A model generated the notes under the pieces. That model worked only from the letters and a program-made list of their open reading frames with translations. It ran no database searches and was not told the DNA's origin. The position numbers and the translations under genes were made by a program. Shown piece by piece: positions 41,644-52,563 of a DNA stretch of 64,000 nt. How positions within the stretch are numbered: the first letter of the stretch is position 1; the number at the start of each line of letters is the position of its first letter. The stretch comes from Vicinamibacterales bacterium. Lineage in GTDB: Bacteria > Acidobacteriota > Vicinamibacteria > Vicinamibacterales > CAVVIG01. The stretch covers positions 846,028-910,027 of the forward strand of contig CBDANZ010000005.1 of NCBI GenBank assembly GCA_965197865.1. The letters are read 5' to 3'.

Positions 41644-42474
41644 TCATGACGTGGGGTGAAACTCCCAGGGCGAAACCGGGTCGGTTCTTGGGACGAAGAA
41701 CGGAACCGTTGCTGCGGTGAGGACCTGCGGATCGGGCGCGTCTCTGGCAGATGCGCACAAGGTCCCGAAGGCAACCCCGTGGGCCTTCATGGCGGGCACA
41801 TGCTGCCGCGTGGCCTCCACCGCGTACCGGCGGTCCGCGCGCGGATCGCCGTGGTGGCCGTCGTGCATCACGATAATATCGCCGGGTGATGCGCGGCGTG
41901 CCAGCCGACCGGCAATGCTCTTGCCTTTGCGCGGCCGAAACCAGTTCCAGTCCCACATTCCCCAGCTCCAACCAACCAGCCGGTAATCAATCCGCACCAA
42001 GGCTTCGTACATCGATCCACCGCGTCAGCCGGCATGCGGCCGGAACAGGCTACACGGGCGCCTCCCCGCGAGCTGCTCGATGCGGTCGGCATTCCGCATC
42101 AGGGTCGCGGCCAGATCCGAGGGTGACCTAATCATCAGCGCGCGCGTGTCGGCGTGAAGCGCCACGGCATGCCCTTCCTCGAACATGCGCCGCACGGTTG
42201 CGGCAGTCGACTCCGTGAGGTGAGCGTCGATCAGGAAGAATGTCGCGTGCGCGTCGGCCTCAGCCAGCACGTCAAGCAGGTGCGGTGTCGCCAGAGGATT
42301 CGGTCCATCATCGTAGGTCAGGTAGACGGTCCGCGCCCCACCCTCATGCGGCATGTGCCAGATCGACCGCGAAGGCGCAAAGCTCTCGAGCAGAAACGGG
42401 AACGGCGCAGTGTGTGCCAGTACAATGGCGGCAAAACCCGCGACGAGGAACCAGAGCATGAACTCTTGGTACAA
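41644..42474 (-). pseudogene. Polysaccharide deacetylase (NodB) with an in-frame TGA at 42025-42027
   Basis: LTYDDGP, ATFF, FRPHAG*RGG, IIVMHDG all in one frame. Confidence 0.85.
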
Positions 42475-42944
42475 CCATAGCAGAACCGCTGCCGTGCGCG
42501 TGCGCGTGCAACGTGTCGCGCCCGCGTGGTGCGTACGCTCGGGCGTTCAGTCTTTCGGGGGGGGGGTGGGGGACGCGCAAGAACAGACTACTGCTAGAGC
42601 TGGCTCTGTAGCCCATGCCGTCGGTGGTGCGCTGCCGCGCTTTCTCGCGCTCCAGCGGGCCGGCAAATGCAGTCAGGCTGAGGGCAAACCTAGCTAGGCT
42701 GGGCATGAGCGTATCGAAATGGAGATTCCGCAACTCCTTGCTCAGCCAGAACGTCGTATACCGTTTACTGTACGAGGACCTCACCACGCGCTGGCACGAA
42801 ACGACGTCCTGGTACGATGCCGACAAAGTCTGGCGTGTGAAGTCTTATGGTCCGATTCGGTGGTGGGAGGTAGGTAGTCTGCCAAACGAGGTCCGCGAGC
42901 AAGCGCAGATGGTGAGAGACATCGAGCGTCTGCGGACACCCCTG

Positions 42945-44000
42945 TCAGAGGCCGAGGTGCCTATGCCGGTCGCTCCCAGATTCAGGCGGCATCTCTGCGA
43001 GATCTCCGACAACATGCCGCAGCCCAGAGACGACGCGCGCCATGCGCTTGTAGACGATCTTGTCGGGCGTGTCCTCGGCCGTGTGGTACGGCGGGTAGCG
43101 GAACAGCGCCGTGTCGGTAATCATGATCGCCGGGTACCCGTGTTGCCAGAACGCCCAGTGGTCCGACCAGCCGATGCCCGCGATCCATGCGGGGGCCGCC
43201 GTACCCTCCGACGGAAACGCCGCGTACCGGCGAAACGTCCCAACGGCTCGGCGGACGAGCACACGTGAGCGAAAGTTTCCGACAAAGGCGATGAAGTTGG
43301 CCTCGCGCGGATAGAAAATCCCGAACAGCGGAAGCGGATACCGCTGGCTGCCGGGGGTGTCGGAGTACGCGCCGATCGTCTCGAGCGACAGCATTGCCAC
43401 GATGCGCTCCCCTCTGGCGCGCGCGGCGCGGGCGTAATGCAGACTCCCCATCTCGGGCGTCTGGAAGAAGGGCGGCTCCTCGTTTGAGAACGCGACGAAG
43501 CGGAGCGTGCGCCCGGGAGCGGCGCCGCTGAACGCCTCCGCTAATTCCAGCAGGGCGGCCACGCCCGTCGCGTTGTTGTTGGCGCCCGGGCACCCGGCCA
43601 CCGAATCGTAGTGCGGCCCGACCACGACGATCTCTCCGGGGCTGACAGCGCCACGCCGTTCGGCCGCGACGATGTCCACGCGGCGGCCGCCGCTGTCGAT
43701 CTGCTGCACGCTGACGGCGTAGCCGAGATCGCGAATGCAGCGCTGGACGTACTGCGAGGCGGCTTGTAGCTCTTTGAACCGCCAGACGTGGCGTTCGCCG
43801 ATCTCGCCCGCCAGATGCCACACGTGGCCCGCGAGCCGAGCGGCCAGCACGTGCTCGGCGGGAGTCAGCGCCGGCAGCGGTCCCGAGTGGGTTCGGCCCG
43901 GCATCGCGATCATCGGCACCAGCAAGATCAGTCCGGTGCCGGCCAGCGCGAGGAGCAGCGCCAGGGGCCGCCCCGCCTTGCGCAGTACGGCGTTCTCCAT
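42945..44000 (-). CDS. M28-family peptidase
   Basis: HYDS, GANNNATG, NEEPP, SLETIG, SDH, YHTAEDT. Confidence 0.88.
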   Translation of the reverse strand: MENAVLRKAGRPLALLLALAGTGLILLVPMIAMPGRTHSGPLPALTPAEHVLAARLAGHVWHLAGEIGERHVWRFKELQAASQYVQRCIRDLGYAVSVQQIDSGGRRVDIVAAERRGAVSPGEIVVVGPHYDSVAGCPGANNNATGVAALLELAEAFSGAAPGRTLRFVAFSNEEPPFFQTPEMGSLHYARAARARGERIVAMLSLETIGAYSDTPGSQRYPLPLFGIFYPREANFIAFVGNFRSRVLVRRAVGTFRRYAAFPSEGTAAPAWIAGIGWSDHWAFWQHGYPAIMITDTALFRYPPYHTAEDTPDKIVYKRMARVVSGLRHVVGDLAEMPPESGSDRHRHLGL

Positions 44001-44417
44001 TCAATCGTCCGTTGGCCAGTGATCAACTCGCACCTCGACACTCGCCCGCCCCCGCTGAAGGGCGCGGGTGAAGGCACGCCACAACAGGGCGCGGATCACG
44101 CGCCGCGTGGCAGGGACAAGGCAGAGAAAGCCGACGATGTCGGTCAGGATGCCCGGTGTGATCAGCAGAGCGCCGGCCAGGAGAATGATGACCCCCTCCA
44201 CCATCGTCGGACCCGGCAGCTGCCCGCCAATAAGTTCCGTTTGAATCCGCCGCAACACCGCGACACCCTGACGTCTGGCAACCAGGGCGCCGACTACGCC
44301 GGTCGCGAGAATCAGGACCAGCGTGTCGCCGGTCCCGATGCGGCGGCCAATTTCCAGCAGCAATGCCAGTTCCAGCAACGGAACCAGTGTGAAGAGCAAG
44401 AGCAGCTTGGCCAGCAT
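44001..44417 (-). CDS. fxsA: FxsA-family membrane protein
   Basis: FTLVPLLEL, ALLITPGILTDIVG. Confidence 0.88.
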   Translation of the reverse strand: MLAKLLLLFTLVPLLELALLLEIGRRIGTGDTLVLILATGVVGALVARRQGVAVLRRIQTELIGGQLPGPTMVEGVIILLAGALLITPGILTDIVGFLCLVPATRRVIRALLWRAFTRALQRGRASVEVRVDHWPTDD

Positions 44418-44599
44418 CAATTCCAATGGTGGCACAGGAGGCCCACGAGTAGTTGATTTCGCACTAGTCGCCGCTTCTTGAGGTGCGCGGTCGCGACTAC
44501 CGTCGTCGTTCACCCCATGGTCGATCATCGCCCGTCGGCGTGTACTTCCGCCCGTCGTGCCTCCGCAGGGATGCGCGCGAGGGTGAGCTGCCGCTCGAT

Positions 44600-44875
44600 C
44601 CGTCTTCGTACTCAACTTCGACGGCCGCGTGCGACGGTGCCGCCCCTCGTGACGCGGTGTAGCTTGAGGTTGCGCCCGTCCCTCGACCGCATTGTCGACG
44701 AGCTCGGCGCGCTGCTTGGCCACGTTGCGCCTTCGAGCCGGTTGGTGCTGGTGTAGGCCACTCGTTTGGTGTGTTTGTCGCGCTCGCATGTGCCGCGCGG
44801 CGTTCCACCCGGGTGGCCGGCATAGTACTGGTGGACCCGCCAACAGAATGGCTGACCATGACCCGGCAGCGCGTC
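44600..44875 (+). pseudogene. Alpha/beta-hydrolase fragment
   Basis: VLV-GHSFG (frameshifted), VAGIVLVDP. Confidence 0.5.
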
Positions 44876-44884
44876 CAACACTTA

Positions 44885-44960
44885 AGCCCAGAAGTCGTGC
44901 GCCATCACCGTGTTAGAGAAAACGCATTCCTAGGGTTCGAATCCCTGCCTCACCGCCAGT
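44885..44960 (+). repeat. Orphan inverted att-like site (tRNA-Ser 3' end plus homologous arm)
   Basis: 44931-44960 is the exact reverse complement of 1131-1160; 44885-44921 is similar to the reverse complement of about 1169-1205. Confidence 0.9.
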
Positions 44961-45077
44961 GAAACTTCTCTTGCTGCTTCCCTTCGCCGAACTCGCTGTT
45001 TCGAACCGGGCTATCCTATGGAACCCGCTGAAGGGCGCAGCGTGTGTCTGCGAATCGTACACAGGAGGATTCAACTA

Positions 45078-45450
45078 TGTCGCAGAAGGAAAAAGTTCAG
45101 CTCATGATGGTCATCGTGGCCCCGCCTGGCGCGGGTTGCGGAGGGCGCGCATATTCAAGAGTCACGCGCCGTGGATGGAGTCAACACATCATCGTGGCGG
45201 CGACAAGGCTCTGCTCAGCTATAGCGTGTCGAAGGCGCCCGAGCTGTCGAATCCCATGGACCCCGGATCTGCCCAGACTGGCAACGTATGTTACGTGCTG
45301 ACTGAGGTGTACAAGACGAATGCCAGCGTGACGAACCACTTTCAGCAAGCGGCATCGAGCTGGAAGGACTTTCCGGCGATCGGGGCATGGCTACAGAAGT
45401 GCAAGCTCACTGGGGTCCCAGCTGCTCCGATCATCAACCGTTTGTGGTGA
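45078..45450 (+). pseudogene. Hypothetical protein, frameshifted near 45125
   Basis: aggagg RBS before ATG 45078; a protein-like sequence continues in another frame to 45450. Confidence 0.5.
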
Positions 45451-45849
45451 GCAGCCGGGTTTGTTGGGTGGGACTGCGTCGGCACCTTCTTCGTTCGTAT
45501 CGGCAAGACTTGATTTCAGCTCTCAGTGTTTCAGCTCTGAGAGCTGCCGGATACGAAAATGGAAGGGGCTGTAGAATCTTGCGAGCAGCCACTGCGCGTG
45601 GGACTGCCTGAAACGGCGGTCACACGCATTGAAGGTGCAATCGAGCTGCCGGGTCCTTAAAGCGATTCTAGAAAAGCGATTTTCAGAAAGCTCTCGTACT
45701 CGCCAGCGGGTGAAACACCGGCGCGTCAAAGTTCCGGCTGCGTTCGATCAACCGACGAGCTAGTTGCCTACTCGGAGGCGTGCTTCGACCGCGGATGGTT
45801 GAGGTGAGCGCGTCGCCAGCTCAAGTGAACTCCGCCGCCACGTGCCCGT

Positions 45850-48282
45850 CTATAGGTGTGCCTGCAACGGCTCGTGCATCCGCCGGCTGTGCTCCAATGA
45901 CATCAGCACGACATCGGCCGTCACGGGCGACCGTCGGAAGACGTCCACGCCGACCGCGTCGGCAATCGCGTTCATCACGGCGCCGTAGCCGGCCCCGACA
46001 GGCGGTTCGCCGGCGCCGCGCGCCCCGACCGGCGTTTCCGGATCGGGAATATCGAGCGCTGCCCACTGCAACGTTGCGGGAATGTCGAGGATCGTGAGCG
46101 GCTTGTTGTAGTGGAACCGCTTGGCCAGCGGCACGCCGTAATGCTGGTCGTAGACCCACTTTTGACACAAGGCATGCCCGATCCCCAGACAGCTCCCTCC
46201 CTGAATCTGTCCGCCGAGGCTGCGCGGGTTGACTACCGTGCCCACATCAGCTACACCGAGATAGTCAACGAGCACCGGTTTGCCGGTCTCGAGATCGACC
46301 TCGACTTCGGCAAAACCCGCGACAAACGAGTACGTATCCCCGTCACGCGCATAGGTATCCTTCGCCACACCCATCAGCCCCAGCCCGGCCAGCGCCGCCG
46401 CCGACGTCTTCGTGTACGCGTGGACCTCAGCGGGCAGCGCGTGCCCGTCATAGGGGCCGCCCAGCTCGATGGCGCGGACGGCCACCCGCGCGTAACTCAT
46501 GCTGCGCCCTGGGTTGCCACGTCGATACACGCGCTCGCCGCCGAGCTCGTAGTCCTCCGGCGCACCGCCAAGATCCCGGGCCGCGATTTCCTGCAGCTTG
46601 CGCCGGGCATCCATCGCCGCGGCCCGGTTCGCACGCGTCATCGCGTGCGTCGTCTGGCTAGCGACCGACAGGCAGGACCACGGCGCGTGTCTGCTCGTGT
46701 CGCCCCAGACCACCTGCACCTTCTCCCAGGGTATAGCCAGCACCTGTGCGGCCACGCGCGCCAAGTCGAAGACCGAATGGGTACCCAGATTTCCGACGCC
46801 ACTCTGAACGTACAGCTTGCCGTCCGGCCGAATCGTCATCAGGCCGTCATACCCGACCGATCCTGAGCTGTGCGTCCCCACGGCGACACCGACACCGCGA
46901 ACCTTCGAGCCGCAACGCTGCCAGGAGCGTGCCTTGCGCTCGTTCCAGTTGAAGAGTTCGGCGCCCCGATCGAGCGCCTGCTTCACATAGGCGCTCGTTA
47001 TATAGCGGCGTTCTTCGTTCGGCCCCGGCGGTCCGTAGATCGCTTTGCCTTCGGGTGAGTTGACTTTTCGGATCGCCACTTGATCGAGGCCAAGCTGCTT
47101 GGCCGCTTTCGTGATGACCGGCTCCAGTATACCGATGCCCTGCATCTCCCCAGGCGACCGCTGGAAGAGGCGCGTCGGCGTGTTCGTCACGACGTTCACC
47201 GCGCGCCACCGCATCGCCGCAGGCTGGTAAATCAGCGACACCGCCCTCCCTGCCGACCGGTGATCGCCCCTCGGCCCATATGCGCCGGTGTCCTGGAGGA
47301 TGAACAAGTCGAGTGCCATGATGTGGCCGTCGGCGCGGAAGCCGACCTTCGCGCGCCCAGTCATGTTGGTGCGCGCGTGGCCGATGTAATGCTCTTCCTC
47401 TCGACTGATCCGCATCATTACGGGCGCGTTGGTCTTCTTGGAAAGCAAGGCAGGTATCGCCATCGAGATCGCCCCGATGCCCTTGCTGCCGAACCCACCG
47501 CCGGTGTACTCGGAGATGAACACAACCTGCGACGGATCGATGCCCACCCACCGTGCGAGCCCGTCGACGTTGCGCATCACGCTCTGCGTCGAACCGTGCA
47601 GATACAGCTTGCCGTTCTGCCAGTACGCCATCGCGCTGCGCGTCTCGAGCGTCTGATGACTCGTCGACTGCACGACGAATGTCTCGTCCAGGACGAGCGC
47701 AGCCTCGCTGAAGCCGGCCAAGAGGTCGCCGAATGCCCATTCTTCTGGCGCCGGTCCGAGCGGTAGCCGTCCCTCTTCGGCCTCGGCGAAATCCTGCTCG
47801 GTCCACTTAAGCGTCGACAGCCGAGGCGGCGCCCTGTTGCCTTCAGGCGCTTCCCACACGTTTCCCTCCAGCCGGGCATTGGCGCCGGTGGGTCGCAGGC
47901 TCTCCAACGGATCGACCACGAACGGCAGCAGCTCGAGATCGACGACGATCCGTTCAATCGCGTCGGCAGCCGTCACTTCGTCCACGGCGGCCACCGCGAG
48001 GATGGGCTCCCCTTCGTACAGCGGTTCGTTCGTCAAGGCTGGCGTGCCGCCGCCCACGTCGGGTAGATCGTCGGCCGTGAGGATCGCCCTCACCCCCGGC
48101 ATCGCGAGAGCCGCACTCGCCTCGATGCGTCTGACTCTCGCGTGCGGCATCGGACTGAGCAGGAGCTTGCAGAAGAGCATCCCATTCGCGCGAAAGTCCT
48201 CCGCGTACTTCGCCTTGCCCGTGACCTTGGCCACGAGGTCCGCCGGCGTGTAGTTCGTGCCGATTAACCGGTTGTCAGCCAC
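45850..48282 (-). CDS. Xanthine dehydrogenase-family molybdopterin-binding subunit
   Basis: KVTGKAKY, GGGFGSK, GQIQG, GARGAGEPP, NAIADA. Confidence 0.93.
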   Translation of the reverse strand: MADNRLIGTNYTPADLVAKVTGKAKYAEDFRANGMLFCKLLLSPMPHARVRRIEASAALAMPGVRAILTADDLPDVGGGTPALTNEPLYEGEPILAVAAVDEVTAADAIERIVVDLELLPFVVDPLESLRPTGANARLEGNVWEAPEGNRAPPRLSTLKWTEQDFAEAEEGRLPLGPAPEEWAFGDLLAGFSEAALVLDETFVVQSTSHQTLETRSAMAYWQNGKLYLHGSTQSVMRNVDGLARWVGIDPSQVVFISEYTGGGFGSKGIGAISMAIPALLSKKTNAPVMMRISREEEHYIGHARTNMTGRAKVGFRADGHIMALDLFILQDTGAYGPRGDHRSAGRAVSLIYQPAAMRWRAVNVVTNTPTRLFQRSPGEMQGIGILEPVITKAAKQLGLDQVAIRKVNSPEGKAIYGPPGPNEERRYITSAYVKQALDRGAELFNWNERKARSWQRCGSKVRGVGVAVGTHSSGSVGYDGLMTIRPDGKLYVQSGVGNLGTHSVFDLARVAAQVLAIPWEKVQVVWGDTSRHAPWSCLSVASQTTHAMTRANRAAAMDARRKLQEIAARDLGGAPEDYELGGERVYRRGNPGRSMSYARVAVRAIELGGPYDGHALPAEVHAYTKTSAAALAGLGLMGVAKDTYARDGDTYSFVAGFAEVEVDLETGKPVLVDYLGVADVGTVVNPRSLGGQIQGGSCLGIGHALCQKWVYDQHYGVPLAKRFHYNKPLTILDIPATLQWAALDIPDPETPVGARGAGEPPVGAGYGAVMNAIADAVGVDVFRRSPVTADVVLMSLEHSRRMHEPLQAHL

Positions 48283-48403
48283 CTCAGGACCTCCCACAGG
48301 TCTCCTGCCGATCAGAACCCCTATACACCCAAGCGTTCTCCGCGCGACTATACACCCACGCGTTCTCCGTACGGCCGCATTTCTTCGCCGCCTGAGCCAG
48401 AGG

Positions 48404-49519
48404 TTAGCCGATTCGTTTCCGGAAGCGCCCCGCGGCAAACGTCAGCACGACAATACCCATTACCAGCAGGGTGAGGTACTGGGTCTGGAGCGCCTCGATC
48501 CCCGCGCCTTTCAGAAAGATCGCGCGGACAATCTCGAGATAGTGCCGCATCGGATTGACCAGCGTCAGCCACTGGAACAGCTCGGGCATACTGTCGACCG
48601 GAAACATGAACCCCGACAGCAGGATCGTGGGCATGAAGAACAGAAAGGTCGCCATGAAGGCCTCCTGCTGGGTCCGCGACACGGTCGAGATGAACAGACC
48701 CACGCCCAGACAGGGCAACAGATACAGCACGCTCGCCAGCAGCAGCTCCGGGAAGCTTCCGCGGAACGGGATCTCGAACCAGAACAGGGCAATGGTGAAG
48801 ACCACGGCGAGATCGACGAGGCCGATCGCGGCGAACGGGATCGTCTTGCCGGCGATAAGCTCGCTGGCCCGGAGCGGGCTGACCATCAGCTGCTCGAGCG
48901 TCCCCATCTCGCGTTCGCGCACGATGGCCAGCGATGTGAGCAGCAGCGAGACGAGCATGATAATCGCCCCGCCGACGGCCGGCACGTTGTAGTCGCGGCT
49001 TTGGAGCGCCGGGTTGAACCAGGCGCGATCGTTGAGCTCGACGGCCACGACAGGCCGGCCGGGGCCGTACCTTCGCCCGTACGTCTGGACGATCCGCTCC
49101 GCGTATCCCTGCGCCACCGTCGCGGTGTTCGAGTCGGTGCCGTCCATCAGCAGTTGAACCTGGGCCGTGCCCCTCTGCAGGTCTGTTTCGAAGCCGGCGG
49201 GAATCTCGATCCCGACGATCGCATCGCCGTGGTCTAGGGCTCGCACCAGGTCCGCCGATCGGCGCGATCGTCCGACGATCCGGAAGTACCCCGACGAGGT
49301 CAACGTGTCGAGCAGCCCGCGCGACGCCTGGGTTCCGTCGAGATCGATGACGAAGGCAGACGTATTCCGGATGTCGGTAGAGACCGCGTACCCGAAGACG
49401 ATGAGTTGAATGACAGGCGCCACAAAGATCACGAGGCGGAGGCGCGGGTCGCGAAAGATCTGCCTGAATTCCTTGCGCACCATCTCGGCGACCCGCTCCA
49501 CCTTGGCCAGGCGCTTCAT
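48404..49519 (-). CDS. ABC-2 permease (YbhR-like)
   Basis: KEFRQIFRD, REREMGTLEQL, LSGFMFPVDSMP. Confidence 0.92.
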   Translation of the reverse strand: MKRLAKVERVAEMVRKEFRQIFRDPRLRLVIFVAPVIQLIVFGYAVSTDIRNTSAFVIDLDGTQASRGLLDTLTSSGYFRIVGRSRRSADLVRALDHGDAIVGIEIPAGFETDLQRGTAQVQLLMDGTDSNTATVAQGYAERIVQTYGRRYGPGRPVVAVELNDRAWFNPALQSRDYNVPAVGGAIIMLVSLLLTSLAIVREREMGTLEQLMVSPLRASELIAGKTIPFAAIGLVDLAVVFTIALFWFEIPFRGSFPELLLASVLYLLPCLGVGLFISTVSRTQQEAFMATFLFFMPTILLSGFMFPVDSMPELFQWLTLVNPMRHYLEIVRAIFLKGAGIEALQTQYLTLLVMGIVVLTFAAGRFRKRIG

Positions 49520-50634
49520 GCGAGTACCTTGCGAAAGCGGAACATCGCGAGCGCCAGGCCGACGCCCGCAAACGCGATCATCAGCAGCCCCTGGGTGCGT
49601 AGGACCTCGCCGCCGACGCCCTTCAGGAAAATGCCTCGCGTGACGACGAGGAAATAGCGGGCGGGAACCAGATGGGTCACCGTCTGCAGCGCGGGCGGCA
49701 TGGCGTCGATGGAAAACATGAACCCCGACAGCAAGAACGCGGGCAAGAAGGTCGCGATCATGGCCATCTGCGTGGCGAGCAGCTGCGACTTGGCCACGGC
49801 CGAAATGAACATCCCGAGGCCGAGCGCGCCGACCAGGAACATGAGCGAGAGGACCATCAGCAGCGCCGGGCTTCCGCGGAACGGCACCTGGAACAGCCAC
49901 ACGCCCAGTACCGAGCTGATCACGACGTCGATGAGGCCGATGGCCAGGTAGGGCAGGAGCTTCCCGAGCACCACTTCGACGCGCGAGACCGGCGTGGCCG
50001 CCAGCTGCTCCATGGTGCCCCGCTCCCACTCGCGAGCAATTGTCAGCGAGGTGAGGATCGCGGCGATGATCATCATCATCACGGCGACCAGCCCCGGCAC
50101 GATCGTGTTCCGACTTAAGAGCTCTTCGTTGTACCAGACACGGCTGGCCGATACGATCGGCGGCCGTCCGATTCCCTCCGTCAGCCGGACGCGGGCCGAG
50201 TAGGTCTGCACGACTGCCTGCAAGTACGCGAGCACGATGGTGGCCGTGTTGGCGTCGCTGCCGTCTACGATGGCCTGCAGCTCTGCGGGGCGGCCGGCGT
50301 CGACATCGGCCGCGAAGTCGGGCGGAATCACGAGCACCAGCTCGGCAGCGGCTCGCTCGAACAAGGGGCCAATCTCGGCCGGGCGCGTGAGGTGCCCGGC
50401 GAGCTCGAAGTAGCCGGACGCCCACAGGGCGTCGAGCAGAGAGCGGCTTGGGCCCGACGAGCTCTCATCGAGCACGGCGGTCCGGATATTGCGGATATCC
50501 CACGAGATGGCGTATCCGAACAGGACCAGGAGGAGGAGCGGCAGCGCGAAGGCCAGGATCAGGCTCCGGGTGTCGCGCCGGAGCTGGATGGTTTCTTTTC
50601 GCGCGACCGCTAGCAGCCGTCTTGCGCTGATCAT
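49516..50634 (-). CDS. ABC-2 permease (YbhS-like)
   Basis: KETIQLRRD, DGSDAN, AREWERGTMEQL. Confidence 0.9.
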   Translation of the reverse strand: MISARRLLAVARKETIQLRRDTRSLILAFALPLLLLVLFGYAISWDIRNIRTAVLDESSSGPSRSLLDALWASGYFELAGHLTRPAEIGPLFERAAAELVLVIPPDFAADVDAGRPAELQAIVDGSDANTATIVLAYLQAVVQTYSARVRLTEGIGRPPIVSASRVWYNEELLSRNTIVPGLVAVMMMIIAAILTSLTIAREWERGTMEQLAATPVSRVEVVLGKLLPYLAIGLIDVVISSVLGVWLFQVPFRGSPALLMVLSLMFLVGALGLGMFISAVAKSQLLATQMAMIATFLPAFLLSGFMFSIDAMPPALQTVTHLVPARYFLVVTRGIFLKGVGGEVLRTQGLLMIAFAGVGLALAMFRFRKVLA

Positions 50635-50684
50635 CGTTCTAGATCGCGTCGAGCTGCCACAACATAAACAATCCAATAATCCGG

Positions 50685-51631
50685 GCTGGTCGACGGGCGC
50701 GCCGCCCGCAGCCTGTACAAGAGCGATGAAGACGTCCTCGAGCGATGGCGCGATCGGCTGCATGCTCCGCACCTCGATCTGATGCGCGGCGAGCGCTGCC
50801 GGGATCCCATCGAGCGCGGCCGACGTGTCCTCGACGGTGACGTGGAGCGTGCGGCCGAACAGCGCGAGCTCGACAACGTCCGGCACGCGTTCGAGCACGG
50901 CGAGCGCGCGGGCGCTGTCGGAGGTCTGGACTTCCAGCAGCGGGCGCGTCAGCGCCTGGCGCAGCCCCTGCGGGGTGTCGAGCGCGATGAGCCGGCCGCG
51001 GTTCATCAGCGCCAGCCGGTGACAGTAGTCTGCTTCTTCCATGTAGTGCGTCGTGACGAAGACCGTGGTGCCGTCGGACGCGAGCGTGTAGATGAGGTCC
51101 CAGAAGCTCCGGCGCGAAATGGGGTCGACGCCAGAGGTCGGCTCGTCGAGGAACAGGATCGGCGGCTCGTGCAGGACGGCGCAGCCGAGCGCGAGACGCT
51201 GTTTCCAGCCGAGCGATAGCTCGGCGGTGAGCCGGCGACGCTGATTGACCAGGACGGCCATCTCCAGGACCCAGTCGCGGCGCGCCGGGCGACGAGACCG
51301 GAGGACGCTGTAGAGCCCAGAGAAGAAGGCGATGTTTTCCTCCACGGTGAGATCGGGGTAGAGTGAGAACAGCTGCGACATGTAGCCGATGTGCTGGCGG
51401 ATCGCCTCCGTCTGGGTCATGATGTCGAAGCCGGCGACCGTGCCGCGCCCCGAGGACGGCACCAGCAGCCCGTTCAGCATCTTGTATGGTCGTCGTCTTG
51501 CCGGCGCCGTTGGGGCCGAGAAAACCGAAGACCTCCCCCCGGTCCACGGCGAAGCTCACCTGGTCGACGGCCGTGAAGTCCCCAAAGACCTTCGACAGTT
51601 GCGCGACGTCGACGCCGTACGGTCGGTTCAT
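50685..51631 (-). pseudogene. ABC ATP-binding subunit with an extra base near 51485; reads through into the permease
   Basis: Walker [10 protein letters not shown] in one frame; LSLGWKQ and FLDEPT in the next frame; no stop before the permease. Confidence 0.8.
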
Positions 51632-52563
51632 GCGGCCTCCGCCTCCGCGATCCGTTCGATGAAGACATCTTCGAGCGACGGCGTCACGGGTCGGATGTCG
51701 ACCACCGGGACCCCGGCTTCCTCCAGGAAAGGCCGGATGGCGGCCGCTGCGGCCGCTGACTCCACGCTCAGATGCAGGCGATCGCCGAAGAGGGCGACCC
51801 GGCGCACCGCCGGGTGACGGCGGGCGACCGCCTGGGCCTCGCGCGCGCGTGGCACTCGCACCTCCAGGATCTCACCGGGAAAGTGGCGCTGGAGCGTGTC
51901 GGGCGTGTCGAGCGCCAACCGCTGTCCGCGATGGATGAGCGCGAGGCGATCGAACCGCTCGGCCTCATCCATGTACGCGGTGCTGACGATAGCCGTCGTT
52001 CCCTGGGCGACCATCTCGTGCACGATGAGCCAGAGGTCCCGTCGCGAGATGGGATCGACGCCGAAGGTCGGCTCGTCGAGCAGCAGCACCTCCGGCTGAT
52101 GCACGAGCGCGCACGAGAGGCCGAGCTTCTGTTTCATCCCGCCGGAGAGCTTGCCGGCGAGCCGATCCTTGAACGGCCCAAGGTTGGAAAACGCGAACAG
52201 TCGCTCGAGGCGCCCGTCGCGGTCGGCGCGAGGAACGCGGTACAAATCGGCGTAGAAATGGAGGTTCTCGAGAACTGTGAGATCGGTGTACAGCCCGAAC
52301 CGCTGCGACATGTACGCGATGGCGTGCTTGACACGCTCCGGGTGGCGCCGCACGCTGACGCCGTTGAGCCACGCGTCGCCCGCCGACGGCCGTAAGACCC
52401 AGGCCAGCATGCGGAGTATCGTCGTCTTGCCGGCGCCGTCGGGTCCGACCAGGCCAAAGAGCTCCCCGCGGCCAACCGTCAACGAGAGCCTATCCACCGC
52501 CGTCAGGGCACCGAAGCGCCGGGTCAGGGCGTCGACCCGCACGCTCGGATCGGGGTCGCTCAC
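51628..52563 (-). CDS. ABC ATP-binding subunit
   Basis: [22 protein letters not shown]. Confidence 0.93.
   Translation of the reverse strand: MSDPDPSVRVDALTRRFGALTAVDRLSLTVGRGELFGLVGPDGAGKTTILRMLAWVLRPSAGDAWLNGVSVRRHPERVKHAIAYMSQRFGLYTDLTVLENLHFYADLYRVPRADRDGRLERLFAFSNLGPFKDRLAGKLSGGMKQKLGLSCALVHQPEVLLLDEPTFGVDPISRRDLWLIVHEMVAQGTTAIVSTAYMDEAERFDRLALIHRGQRLALDTPDTLQRHFPGEILEVRVPRAREAQAVARRHPAVRRVALFGDRLHLSVESAAAAAAIRPFLEEAGVPVVDIRPVTPSLEDVFIERIAEAEAA

Noticed and set aside
42025-42027. Selenocysteine or alternative genetic code
   Set aside because: The position fits Trp rather than Cys, and TGA is used as a normal stop throughout the window.
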